A stretch of DNA of 64,000 bases from Callorhinchus milii (taxonomy: Eukaryota): the NCBI RefSeq assembly GCF_018977255.1, contig NW_024704743.1:82648001-82712000 (forward strand). Direction: 5' to 3'. A program made the position numbers and the translations under genes. Below the pieces are notes generated by a model. That model was not told the origin of the DNA. It ran no database searches and worked only from the letters and a program-made list of their open reading frames with translations. Of this stretch, positions 1 to 13,200 are shown one piece after another (the stretch's first letter is position 1; every line of letters starts with the position of its first letter).

Positions 1-504
1 GAAGGATGTCAAGGCATTGGAGAAGGTGCAAAGGAGATTTACCAGGATGGTACCAGGAATGAGGGACTTCAGTTATGAGGAGAGGCTAGAGAAGCTAGGA
101 TTATTCTCCTTGGAGCAGAAAAGGTTAAGACGAGACTTAATAGAAGTTTTCAAAATTATGAGGGTATTCGATAGGGGGAACAAGGAGAAACTATTTCCAC
201 TGGCGGGTGGGTCGGTAACCCGAGGACACCGATTTTAAATAGTTGTTAAAAGAAAGAGAGGGGAGGTGAGGAGAAATTTTTTTACACAGCGAGTTCGAAT
301 CTGGGATGCAATGCCTGAAAGGGTGGTGGAAGCTGATTCGATAACAACTTTTAAGAGAGAAGTAGATAATTATTTGGGGAGTACAAGTTTGCAGGGCTAT
401 GGGGAGAGCGCGGGGGAGTGGGATTGGATTGGATAGCTCTTTTCATAGAGCCAGCACAGACACAGTGGGCCAAATGGTCTCCTTTTGTGCTGTATAATTC
501 TATG
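1..504 (+). mobile_element. CR1-type LINE 3' end (ORF2 C-terminus + 3' UTR), truncated by window edge
   Basis: ORF 17..238 LEKVQRRFTRMVPGM..YEERLEKLGLFSLE..RLRRDLIEVFKI..TRGH is the canonical CR1 ORF2 C-terminus; ends in TTCTATG-type tail. Confidence 0.9.
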
Positions 505-505
505 G

Positions 506-715
506 TGCCTGATGGCTCCTGTGGTACCTTTGCCCAAGTGGCTATTACTCATGTTTGAGCCTTGACAGTGCGTGTTGGCAACCCACTCCTGTCATCACCC
601 ACAGGCATCTCTACATAGCAAGCAGGACCAGGATTATTGGCTTATTTTCCCTTCCCCTAAAGACGGTCACGAAGACCCATTGTAGCACTCCTACCTCTGC
701 CTCAGCTGAGATTGG
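506..715 (-). mobile_element. old tRNA-SINE-like fragment; related pieces at ~11985-12125, ~20500-20610, ~34898-35385
   Basis: shared motif ACACTCACTGT..GGCTCA(C)ACATGAA..AAT(G)GCCACTTGGGC recurs at several loci; family name not determined. Confidence 0.55.
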
Positions 716-1176
716 GCTGACATGTGAACATAGATTTACACTCGGCCCAACAGTCCTCCATGTAAGTCTCCAACCACTCCTTACTCCCTCCCGAACACTT
801 CTCTTTCCTTCTTCCTTATGTGTATGTCTCGCTTCCTCTTCTATACATCTGTACTATCTGATTCAACTACTGCTTCATCCAGTGAGTTCCACATTCTTCA
901 GCCTTCCAATTTGCAAGGGCGAGTGCTGTTTCCAGCAGGGCCTTTAACCACTACACTATTAGGGAAACTCACCAACCCCATTTTATGACATAATGTTTTC
1001 GTAGTCAGATTCAAGTTTCGGAAGGCAGGCAAACGGCCAGTCCTGGGGTGATGCAAATTATCTTCATCTTCATCAGTTTTTCTAATCTCTTTTTGCGAAT
1101 ATCAGAACTGAACTGCCACTGAAGAATTAAAACTTTTTCACACATGTCTCACAGTATTGCAGGATTATAGTTTTAC

Positions 1177-1289
1177 CTCTGCATGGGCTACTATGATGCG
1201 AATCAGGGTGTCCTCTTTGGTTCCTGAACCTTTCATCGCCTCATGCAACTGCTTCGCAAAGTAACTGTGGGAATCTCTGGTACATTGAA
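1177..1289 (-). CDS. ANXA13: ANXA13 exon 10
   Basis: 113 nt, [42 protein letters not shown] flanks. Confidence 0.92.
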
Positions 1290-4200
1290 CTGCAAGATAA
1301 AAACACACAGCTGAGTTTTAGATTGAGTTATCAGGAGAAAGGGTCTCATATTTAATACTGTTTCTATGGCTTCACCATTCCATTCTAATCCTCAGTCTGT
1401 GTGTCAGTGAGGAATGAAACCCTTCCGGGCTCACAGTCATGAAGAATTGAGTGGTGAGGCTCACTCTAAAAACAAACATAGCGTGGCACTTCAATCAGCA
1501 GAACCAATTGGTAAACCATTCTCCTGGTCGGGAAGGGGGGTGTTCAGTCCTAAAACTATTATTAAAGACAGATTTTAAGAACAAGTGTAAATTATTCTCT
1601 GCTCTTGTCATTGACCACATAATATATATTGTTATATATTATTATATTCCCTCTCTCCTGGTTATGTAACAGCAGCAAGAACAAGAGGTGAGGTCAACTG
1701 CAACTGCTGGTTCAAGACCATGAAGAGCAAGTTTAGGACACCAGAAGTATTTCTTCTTCAAACAGAGGGCAATTAATAGCTGGAATTGTTTACCAGAAAT
1801 TGAGATTCATATTCAGATGCTGGACTAATTTAGGAAACAGCTTGAGGCCTGAAATTCCACCTAGTTTTAGCCTGTAAGACCATTTTGTCTTAAAATTTAA
1901 GATTGGCGTAATTGTGGAAATGATCAAATTCAATTTTAATTTAGAAGCCGGTTTGATTTAAGGACTGACTGCAGAAAATTGGCTTCCAAATCAAGACAGG
2001 TGGAACCTCATAGGCTAAGACTCAGGAGACTTGAGGCCACTGATAATGTAATGAGAGGGGAGTAGGATGAAATGGCCCTTCTTTATCTGAGCCTTGCTTG
2101 TGAACTTGTGAAATAACTAATTTCAGAATTCCTAAATAATAATTTTCTTTGTAAGTGTTTGACATGTGCAGCACATTAGAGCTGGTGAAAAACTCTTTTT
2201 ACTTTACCAATAGTCAGGTAAGCCTTCTCTACATCGCCCGATGTTTCGCTTTCAATCACTTCCTCAATGTCTTTACCATGGAGCTGTGCAGAAAAGAGAA
2301 GGGCAAAAGTTCATATGACAGCCACCATCACCACAAGTGTTACAATTCTTAGGCCCTTCACTGCTGTCACTTCTGGGTACAGACCAGCACCAGTTCTCAC
2401 AAGCAGAACTTTATTCTTTGCATCTTGGAACCTGTGCTTATGTTAATGTTTCTGATGCAAGGATTCCTAAAGACATACTCGAACATAAGAACATGATTAG
2501 ACCGTTTAGCCCATCAAACCTGCTCTGCCATTGGCAATTCTCTAAACCCATTTCCCCAGCTATTCTCCATATTCCTTAACATTCTTATTTACCAAATTCT
2601 TGTATCTAGGTGTCTGAAGAAGACCTGCAGCCACCATTGGGCTGGTTTGCACTGCAAGCTGAGCTTTAAGTTGAGTTTAGTTACGACCTTGGAGTTGAGT
2701 TCATGTTACCAGAAGTCCTACTCACGTTGTATATTGCTGTGGTTGGGCTTTGAATCAGGTATTATCTGAGATATTGAGAATGGAATTTTTGCCAATGTGA
2801 TAATATCTCCTGTGATAATTATAATACCATGTCACATTTTTCAACCTGATATTATAGAAAATATCCAATAGCCAGCATGTAGTTTCAAGCAGTGTTTCAA
2901 TCTAAGGCCTCTATGGATGAAATTCATTTTTGCAGAACCATCTGATTGGAATAATTGGTTAAGGGCTACTAGACCAATATTTTACTGTACCAATATTTTA
3001 CTCAAATAGAGGCTCCCATTAATTTAGTGGGAGGGGAATCACACTCACAGAAAGAAATAATAAACTGACTCAAGTCCAAATTTTGCCTGGTCATAAATGT
3101 CACCCCCCACCTTTTCTGGCTCGGCGTCAAGATACACCGCAGCTAATCACTCCGTGACGCTATCTGTGTAAAGAGCGCTGTACAAATGTAAGTTGTTGTT
3201 GTAATTTTCACCCTTATGTTGTTATTGAACACAATGATTGAAAGGTATGTGCTATTTCGATGTAATTGTCCTGTGAGTGAAGTGCAGACCACTTAGTAAG
3301 TGTCAAGACATTGGCTGCCATACAGCACGTGAGGTGTCAGAAATACTCACGATTGAATAAGCTTTGAAAGTAGCCCTGAGCTGCATCCAGTTTCTTTTAG
3401 CTAGGACAGTATTAAATGGCAGCTCATCAGTGCCCCAGCGGTTCTCTCCAGCCTGTGAAGACAACCATTTGCTCAGTTTGAAAATGACTGCTGAATATTT
3501 AGCTTTTTTAATCTATGGAAAAAATAGCACCATGATAAATGTTTGGACCAAATCCTGTTTCAGTTACCTTGTACAATTCTTTTGCATCCAGTTCAGCCAG
3601 GTTTTCGTTTATATCATTTTCCTCGTCTCGATCAGCCTAGATTTAGACAATAATTATCAATGAGGCTAATAGTAATAATAATAATCCTTGCATTTGATAT
3701 AGCGCTTTTCACGTCGGGAGGACGTCCCAAAGCGCTTCACAGAACACACTGTAAAGTGAATTGACTGTATATTTGTGGGCGAACGCGGCAGCCAATTGCG
3801 CATAGCAATGTCCCACAAACAGTCGTAGATTGAAAATGACTAATTTATTATTGTTTTTGGTTTTGGAGGGATTATTATTAGGCGTGTGGAGTAAGGAAAC
3901 TTGCCCAAGGTTTCGCCCTGCCTGGAATTGAACTCAGGTCTCTCGCTTGAAAAGCGAGTGCTCTAACCACTGAGCTACAGGACTCCACTAAATAAGACTG
4001 AGAGATTTCTTTAGCTATCTAAATCAGGGATGGCCAACTTGTGGGCTGCATTACGAATGCTTAAAATAGTTGTCCATTCCCTGTTCTAAATAAATATCTT
4101 AATCTTAAGTGAACATTGGGGGGGTGCCAAGGCAATTGGTAGAGAATAGGGAGACCAGAGAGAAGGGAAGAAGAGAGGCAGAAAAATGAGTATAGTTTCT

Positions 4201-7200
4201 GTTAGGATTTTCACCTGAGTTAAAATGATTGTAGCAATGTCTAGATTACAGGATGAGTGTCCAAAAACAACTTGGAGGGAGATGTGGGGCAATGGGGGAG
4301 GGGGTGGAAAACCTACAGAGTGCAGGACTGTGTGTATAACTGCACTGTTGTAAAGATATGCTATTTACAGTATTTTTAAAATTAGATTGATGTCACTCCT
4401 TTGAATCTCAGTACTAGCATGTATCCAAATTATCAGTTTCATATTCCAAACTCTTGTGCTTTTGGTCATGAATGTATTTGGCTCCTGCCTCAGGATTAAA
4501 ACTCCTAACTCTGATGCCCCCTTTGGTTCATCACTATCGGTGACGCTCAAGCAAGCACCGTACATGTCCAGCAAGTACTGCGCTACCAATAAGGGCCTTG
4601 ACTCATATTTCCACACCAACAAGTGCCCTTAATGAGCTGATTACTATTCACAATGTATCTTCACAATGTGATTTTGCTGCTGAGGTTGAGGGAGTCTTTA
4701 TTGTGAAGCTTTCCCCCAGGATATGGAGTGTGTGCAGTTGAAGTCCATGTTAGGATAGGTTTGTTATCAGCCTATGGAGGAATGCATACCTGGAGCAATA
4801 AAACCAGTAGATTTTTCAGAGTGCCTTTCGTGTCACTCCGAACCTCACTTTCGAGATCCTTTTCAAAAACTGTGCAGAAACAGAAATGACAGATTTACTG
4901 TGAGCAATGGCCATGTTCTGGGGTGAAAATTGCGACTTGGGATTTATTCATTACTATTTGTGATAATTATCACACTGTTAAACTATTCCACCCAGTTGAT
5001 AACTAAGCGTGTCAGTCTTGGTCAGTTGGTAGCATTGTCTCCTGCTCTAAGTCAAAAGTTGTGGGTTCAAACCCCACAATGGGACTTTGAACTCATAGAC
5101 TAGACTGACACTTTGAGCCTCGATAGGCTAGGAAGAATAAATTTAAAAAAGTCTAACCAGAGTCACTGATTATAATGTTTTGTGTATTAAATTAAAATGT
5201 TATCATTCAATCCACTGCTATTCATAATTGGCTGATGCATTTCATCCACAAAATATACTCAATACACTTTACAATTCATTCTGTAAAGAGTTTTGAGGCA
5301 TTTCAACGATGTGATAAGGCACTATATCAGATACAAGGCTTACTATTATTATTATATAAACTGAGGTCCTGTCTGCCTGTTGAGGTGGATGTTAAAGTAG
5401 ATGGCATGATTTAAACAGAGAAGGGAGTTTCTCCTGTTGTCCTGGTCACTTGGTCATTCTGTTTGTGAGACATTGCCAACAAAATGCAGTCACTACACTT
5501 TATAGTAAATCTTGTGAAGTGCTTTGAGATGTTCCCCTGACGAGAAAGGTGCTATCTCAAATGTGAGGATAATTATTATTATGTTTGTATAATGACTGTT
5601 TGTAGTTGTGTTCCTACCACGCTTGACTCCAACAGATTAGTTGGACCTCTAGCTACTCTCTTGACTTGCCGACCAAACCTCACAGGTCTGCAGTGCTGGA
5701 TAACGGAGTTAAGTTCAGTATCCTGTTAACCAACACACCACCAAGTTCACTCTCTGTGACAAATTCACACAGAGGTAACAACACAGCCTGCCTTGTGTAC
5801 TGAGGAAGGAGAGGTGAGAGGAATTTGAATTGTGTTCAATAATAATTCCAGTGGAGGTAACAAATAAATGATAAAATTTAAGAATAATTCTCAAAAGACT
5901 TACTTTTCTGATATGCTTCCTTAATGGCCATCATTTGCTGAAAAACATAATTGTAATTATAAATATTAGTACACAATGTTTTATTTGCACAGGGAAGATT
6001 TCCTGCACAGGTTTACAGAGGATCAGCTAGTCTTAGGTCTGACATCCTACATAAACAACAAGTGGTTCTAACCTAACTTCCTTCAACTGGTTATCAACAA
6101 AACCAATGCCATCCTGCTTTGCTCCCATCTGTACCTCCTCAACTTCAGCTCTTACTGTATACAACTCCCTACTGTGCACTCCAGCTAATGGCTCCAGGAG
6201 AAACTCCCTTCTCTTTTGAATAGTGCCATGGGATGTTTAACATCTATCTGAACAGTCAGACAGGACCTCATTCAATGGCTTGTCTGAATGACATACTTAT
6301 GACAATGCAGCTCACCCCCAGAGATGGCCTGCATTGTAGGCTATGAGCTCAACGTCCTGACATGAGGCTTAAACCCACATCTCTCTGACTCAGGTGAGAG
6401 TGCTAGCAACTGAACCAGGCTGACAAATTCCAAATAGAATTAAGTAATTCTAGAAAAATACATCCAGATACACCAAGGCAGCAGGACAAGATGGTTCAGA
6501 ATCAAGATTGTGAATGGCAATTTTAGGACAGACACTAGTATTTCTTCATATGGAAGGTAGTCAACAGATATAACGGGTTATGATTATTTCTTTATATAGA
6601 GGATTGTCAACAGGTAGACAGGTCACTTTGAGGCATCTTTCTGAGACTGTAAAAGAAACTGTATAAATGTAAATTGTGTTGTATTGTATTTATTAACGTA
6701 TTATCTTGAGGAGTTTTAACGTGTCTACTTTTGGTGCTTTGGTGTGAGGCAGCGTGTCCCCAACTCACACGGTGCAGCGCTCTATCCACCTCACCTCTGC
6801 GGAGTCCACACCTATTTTTTATAAAGTCACCTTTGTGCAGCTTACTGTTGTCGAGCTATATTTGTAGCACTGGTTTCAATATTCAGTTGTGAAATAAGCA
6901 GCTTTTGTTTATCACTGCTATGGTGTAATTCCCATTCATTTTGGATTGAACAGAGGAAGTCAAAATTACTGGGCGAAATAATAATAATAATAATCCTTGC
7001 ATTTGATATAGCGCTTTTCATGTCAGGAGGACATCCCAAAGCGCTTCACAGAACACACTGTAAAGTGAATTGACTGTATATTTCTGGGCGAACGCTGCAG
7101 CCAATTGCGCACAGCAGTGTCCCACAAACAGTCGTAGATTGAAAATGACCAATTTATTATTATTTTTGGTTTTGGAGGGATTATTATTAGGCGTGTGGAG

Positions 7201-10200
7201 TAAGGAAACTTGCCCAAGGTTTCGCCCTCTGCCTGGAATTGAACTCAGGTCTCTCACCTGCAAGGCGAGTGCTCTAACCACTGAGCTACAGGACTCCACA
7301 AAAAGTGTGTAACAGATATGAGGCAATGCGATGAACAAACAATGACTGCTAAATTTTAGTTTGTATCTGAGAAAGATCGAGCTCAGTTTAAAAGGGCACC
7401 ATCTTTATCCAAAGATACATAGCAAAACTGTTTTTGTGTGTTAAGGCACATGATACTTTGGAACATTGGATTGTGCAGGGCTATATAGTAGGGCTGTCAA
7501 GCCAATGATAAAATCATGCACTATTCTATCTCTCATATCTCTCAATCGATTTATTTGTCATTTTGCTATCCAATTCCCTTTTAAATTTGCCATCACCCTC
7601 TCCCCCAAACCTGGTTCACCTGGTTTGAGTGTATTTGAATATACACGTATATCTGTGTAAAGTCATTAAACTCATCATCCCTCTTTTATGCTTGAGTAAA
7701 TGATCACCTTGTTGTAGAGTTTATCTGTGCCCTGTAGGACCTTCAATACTTCAATAACACTTATACATTGATGATTGAAATGTATCACATTGCATAGCAC
7801 ATATCAAGTGCAAGGATTATTATTATTATCATCATTATTGTAATTGCATGGACTATTCTCCTTTCCTAGGCGAAAAAAAGTTTGCTTAACACTTTTTCAT
7901 ATTTGGTAGCCCTTTAAGGGATTGAAGAGAAATACCTTATTAGATTGTGTGCAGAGGATCTCGATAAGAACATCTTCATCAGTTCCAGCCCCTTTCAATG
8001 CTTTGTGAAGTGACTTGGCATTAACCTCACAGGGTGGCTCCAGCAAGCCCATTATTGCTTTTTCAAAGTTCCCGCTGAGTTCGTTTTTAAGCACTTTTTC
8101 CAGCTCCTAGAAAAATTAATCAAAGCAACTCAGATACTGGTGGGAAGGAGGTGGGGGGCGGGAGTGATGGAGCGGGAGGAGAGGAGGGTAGGTGACAGTG
8201 GGGAGATGGTTGAGGAGGTGGGAAGGATAGAAAGGGCAGAAGGAATGGGGAAAGTGGGAAGGGGGGGAGGGGAAAGGAGAAGCAGAAATTAAGGATTTTA
8301 TTGGGTTTATCATTAAGTGAGGCACCTTCACAGCAAAACAATGACAGTCATCATCCCAGTCTGCTCCTCCACATCCTGCTAATGAGCCAGACTGGCAGGT
8401 ATGTTTTCACAAATATCACATAAAATGCACACTGTATACATATGTACTGTTGTTTCAATGTACATATGTGTGTTTTATGCATGTATTTATGTGACTATAT
8501 TAGTATGTGGGTGCGTTGTGTAGATCTGTGCATGAGCTTTTGCGTGTGTGTGTATGAATGGGTGAATATGTATACGAATGCGTGTGCTTGTTTAAAACAC
8601 AGCTTGGAAAACCTGATGTTGAACCTGAGGAGATTTGATGAGAATGTATTAAATCCCAGTTTTCATGTTGGATTTTTATTCACAACCCCCAATGTGCTCA
8701 AACATATTGCGAACTTTATGCAATCCTTACTGTCAATGTACTCACTTTTCCATACAGAGCCAGATACTTCTCTTTATCTTTTGTCTCTGTTCCATTGTCC
8801 GACGTGCTAGGATTTTAATAATAGCAGTTTCATCTGTGCCTGGAAGATTCAGTGATATGGTAGATCAGATAAATAGCAACACTTGTCACAAACACCTTTC
8901 TATCCTTATATAGCTGGTCAACTGAATGTGTAAAATCCCTTCCTTCCCGTACTTGTCTCCACTTCCAGTTATTAAGAACTCACAGAGGCAGAGTTTGCTT
9001 GTTCTGGAGTGTGCAATCCCTCATCATCACAACCAGCAGCCACTTATCCATACTGTCTCCTTTGAGACAAAGTGTGTAAATTGGGATGAAACACAATGTC
9101 TGCTTCAATGCAACAGCTGCAACTGATACAATGCAACAGAATCAGCTGACAGTGTCCTAACACCCATGGGAACTGCCCTCTGCCTACACTGGGCACTTTG
9201 GTTGCCCTGAAACTCACAGTGTCTCTGCACATCTGCAGGCAAACAAGCAATGCTTGACTCAATGAGAATACAAATGGGCAATAGTACTCTGAAATTTGGG
9301 TTGCACGGAATTCTCAGTTTGATTTGGATACTCTAATCCATGGTGATGGGTTTCTGCATCTATCAGTTGCCAAAAAAATTAAAGTAAGGCAAAGTATTAT
9401 CTGAGTGAGGTGGAGTCATTTATATGCTTGCCTTGTGATACCAGGTTGGTTCAATGGTAATGTGGCTGTAAATAAATCCTCAGAATACAGAACTCATGAT
9501 GGAGGGAACACTGAGGGATCACCACCTCGTGCCCAATATTGTAGTCATAGCATTTTCTGCAGCGGAAGCAGTTCAGGTTTAACTCGACTTAGTTCTCAAT
9601 GCTAAACCCTTCCAATTAAAGGACTTTCCACTTTGCTGGTAAAATAATTGTTCACAGATGAATAGGTAATCAACCTACAGTTAATTTGATTGGTCTAAAC
9701 ATTGAATTGTTCTCATGATTTGTGGACATAAGGACTGTTAAAATGCAAACACAAATACATTCAAACAAACCCAATCACAACACATACACACAAATGCACA
9801 TACATAAACACAATACACAAAAACAAGAACACAACTCTTCAGGTCAGTAAGTTTATCAATCAGCAAAGAATCACTGGGTGGTTTTGCACATCTTCTTGGA
9901 GCTAGTTTAACTCTCTGATCACTTCTCCCCTCCACTATAATAAAATATAATAATAATCCTTGATTTGTTATAGCGTGTCATGTCTTCTAGACATCTCAAA
10001 ATGCTTCACAGAATATACTGTAAAGTGAACTGACTGTATATTTGTGGGCAAAACGCGGCAGCCAATTCCGCACAGCAATGTCCCACAAACAGTCGAAGAT
10101 TGAAGTGACCAATTTATTATTGTTTTTTTTTCTTGAGGGATTATTATCAGGTATGTGGAATAAGGAATCTTGCCCAAGGTTTCGCCCTGCCGGGAATTGA

Positions 10201-13200
10201 ACCCAGGTTCCGAGGTGAATGCTCTTACCACTGAGCTACAGGATTACCACAGGATAATCGCTTATAGACCTTGAAAAGGAGAAGGAAAAGTTGATGGGGC
10301 CCACACTTAATTGCCAGGGTGTGAATGTGATTATTGGCTATGAGACCTTCACAATTTATAGGCATCTGAGACATAATTAAGATACTCTCTCTGTCTTATA
10401 AATTAACCAGTGTTCAACTGTGTCATTTATCCACCATTATAATTGAATATGATTACAGAATGGAAGTCAGTTGAGATAACATCTCAGTTTGCTCACCTGC
10501 TCCTTTGCAGGCCTTTTTGATCCTCTTGGCATCTTCGTCTTCACTGAAGTGAATGTGATAGTGAACTGCGGGCTGTAAAATACAGTGCAATTGTTAGCAT
10601 TCATACTCCAAGTACTTGCAGTACTACAAGATTGACAAGGCAACAAATAGGTGAGTAGTTCAGAGAAGTAACAACATAGATTTCAGATTAAAAGGTTGGT
10701 CCTTGCTGTCTTGTATGGCTCAGAACCTAAGACATGCCTGAGTTGGACAGGATAGGCTTGTCACCCATTTCCAATAAGTAGGGCCTGGTTGACCTTTGCT
10801 TGGTGTATCTCTCTGGTTGTATGAGAAAATCCCAGACTTGATTTCACCTTCATCCAACTACAGCATGGCATAATGTATCACACCCTAGACATTGGGTAAT
10901 TTACTCAATGAGTCATTTAAAGGAGCTACGACTGTTCCTTTGAAATATTTACCAGGATTTACAATGGAGTAGAGGGAGATGTCCTGGTGTCCAGCCTGAC
11001 CAAGTCATCGTGTTCAGCGCTAATGCCATTAGAGAACCTGGAGAAACAATGTAGCTAAATATATCTACTGAACAATCTGTTAACACTTTGATATTGAAGT
11101 AAAGACCAACTGGTATGAACATCAACCAGTAAAAGGTAACATCACAATATCTGGGACTCACTCGTGCATACAGATAGAACAGTCATCTGTAATAAACCAG
11201 ATATCATTATCACTTTTTGAGATTTTTTTTAAGCAGTGGGTTGTTAGGATTGGAATACACTGCCTAAAAAGGTGGTGGAAGAGGATTTAATAATAACTTA
11301 TTAACAGTATCAATGATGTGGCCATTCCAAGTGAGTAGAATGTACAAAATAAGGAACTAGAGAAGATCAGGTAGTATGTTGAAATACAAATAGACCTAAA
11401 TGTGGCAATACAAGACATGCATAGCTCCTATAATCATTGGTGTAATTGGGACTGTTAATCGACAATTCAGAAATGGTTTGACAAGATACCCTCGCACAAA
11501 ATGTCCATCTGATGCAGAAAGTAGTTTTTTTGGCAAATTCAAATATAACATCCATTGAAGTGTAACGTGTAATGTGTCTGGCTGACACAACACTGAAAAC
11601 TTCTTAGAAACTACCTCCATGGAATGATCTAAACTGAAATAACATAGTAATAATAATCTTTGCATTTGATATAGTGCCTTATCATGTCAAGATGTCTCAA
11701 AGTGCTTCATAGAGTTTTCTGTAAAATGCGGTGACTATCTTTGTAGGCGAATGTAACAAGTAACACGATAGATATGTCAACCAACCTCTTTCCATTGGAA
11801 ATAGGTAAGGAGCTGATCTTGTCTCACTCATAAATGCCTCCTGTTCCCTTAGTAGCAATGTAGGATTGCAGCAATGTGGAAGCAATAGGTTGCCTGCTTC
11901 ACCTGCAATGTTCTTATTGGGGAAATGGAGAGAACAGCTAAGTGTCACATCAGGAAGATGATTGTTCCATCTTTTTACAGTCAAACAGCCTGCCAACACT
12001 CACTGTGATGATTACTTTATAAATTAATTGATTAGTGTGAAGATGATGGCTCACAACATGAATAATGGCAACTTGGGCAAAGAAGCAGAGGGTGTCTGGC
12101 ACCTATGGAACTGTATCCCAGTTGAAGGAGATAGGAGTTGAAGATCTTCAAGAGAGAAGCCAAGGGAAATAGGAAGAGAAACATTATTGTAGGATGTTAG
12201 CTGCTTGACACTGACATAAACTCCAGGATGTAAAACTCAGTTAATCCTTTATAGAAATGGTAGTTATACAAAGCGGGAGACCCTCTCCTTTGATGTTGAT
12301 TAGTTTGATTAGTCACAATGCAAGGTGTGCTTCATTGCAAGATAGTCACTTTGCTCTGTATGTGATATGTGATCTGCATATAAATATGACTAAACACACC
12401 ACGAAACTCTACCAGTCATTGATAACACTTCTCTCCCTCAGGGCAACAATGGCATGTTTGCTAAATTGTCTTGCTGCTTGGTATCAGGATGCAAAGCACA
12501 CAAAATAATTCAGTCCTGATAACCGTAGGAAATGATTAACTTTTAGGAATGTCTGTCTCAGCCATATGGATCAGATGGGTGAAATGCCAACAATTTGAAA
12601 ACCCATGTTTGTTGCATTGTCCAAATCAAAAGCAAAAAGTTTTACTTTAAAAAAAGGTATAAGAGTAGTGATTTCCACTTGCTGAACAGAGGTATGAGGA
12701 AAGCCAGATAAATTGGACTGAAAACATTGCTCTTAAAAGAACCAGCACAGACACGATGGGGCAAAAAGCCTTCTTCTGTGCTGTAATTTTCTATGGTTCG
12801 AGGGGAACAAAATAAATTGGTCTTCAGCTATATAGAGCTCTTCAGAGAGCTCTATATTGGGTGTGGTCAAATACATGGTGCAGTGAAGGAAAAAGATCTC
12901 CTGACTCGATATTACAAGGATATCTCGAAGCACCAGGATTCACTGTAAAGTGTATCGACTGTACTTTTATAACAACAACTTGCATTTATATAGCGCCCCT
13001 CACGTAGGATAGTATCCCAGTGCGCTTGACTGTGGCAGAGCATGACGCCTAGCTGGGGGAAGGGGGAGGTAACCGTGGGCATGGTCAAATAGGAAGGTCT
13101 TCAGGCATGACCTGAAGATGGGGAAGGAAGGGGCAAGCTGGAGTGATAGAGGAAGAATGTACCAGCATTTCAGTGTGGAGTGGCTGAAAGTGCGGCCTCC

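Noticed and set aside
1..1176. Final ANXA13 exon
   Set aside because: No DTSGD/LL-type terminal exon seen; region is CR1/SINE, so the exon is presumably beyond the window and its absence is not evidence of loss
8442..8810. 122-aa plus-strand ORF
   Set aside because: Arises from TG-rich low-complexity DNA antisense to ANXA13; no recognisable protein
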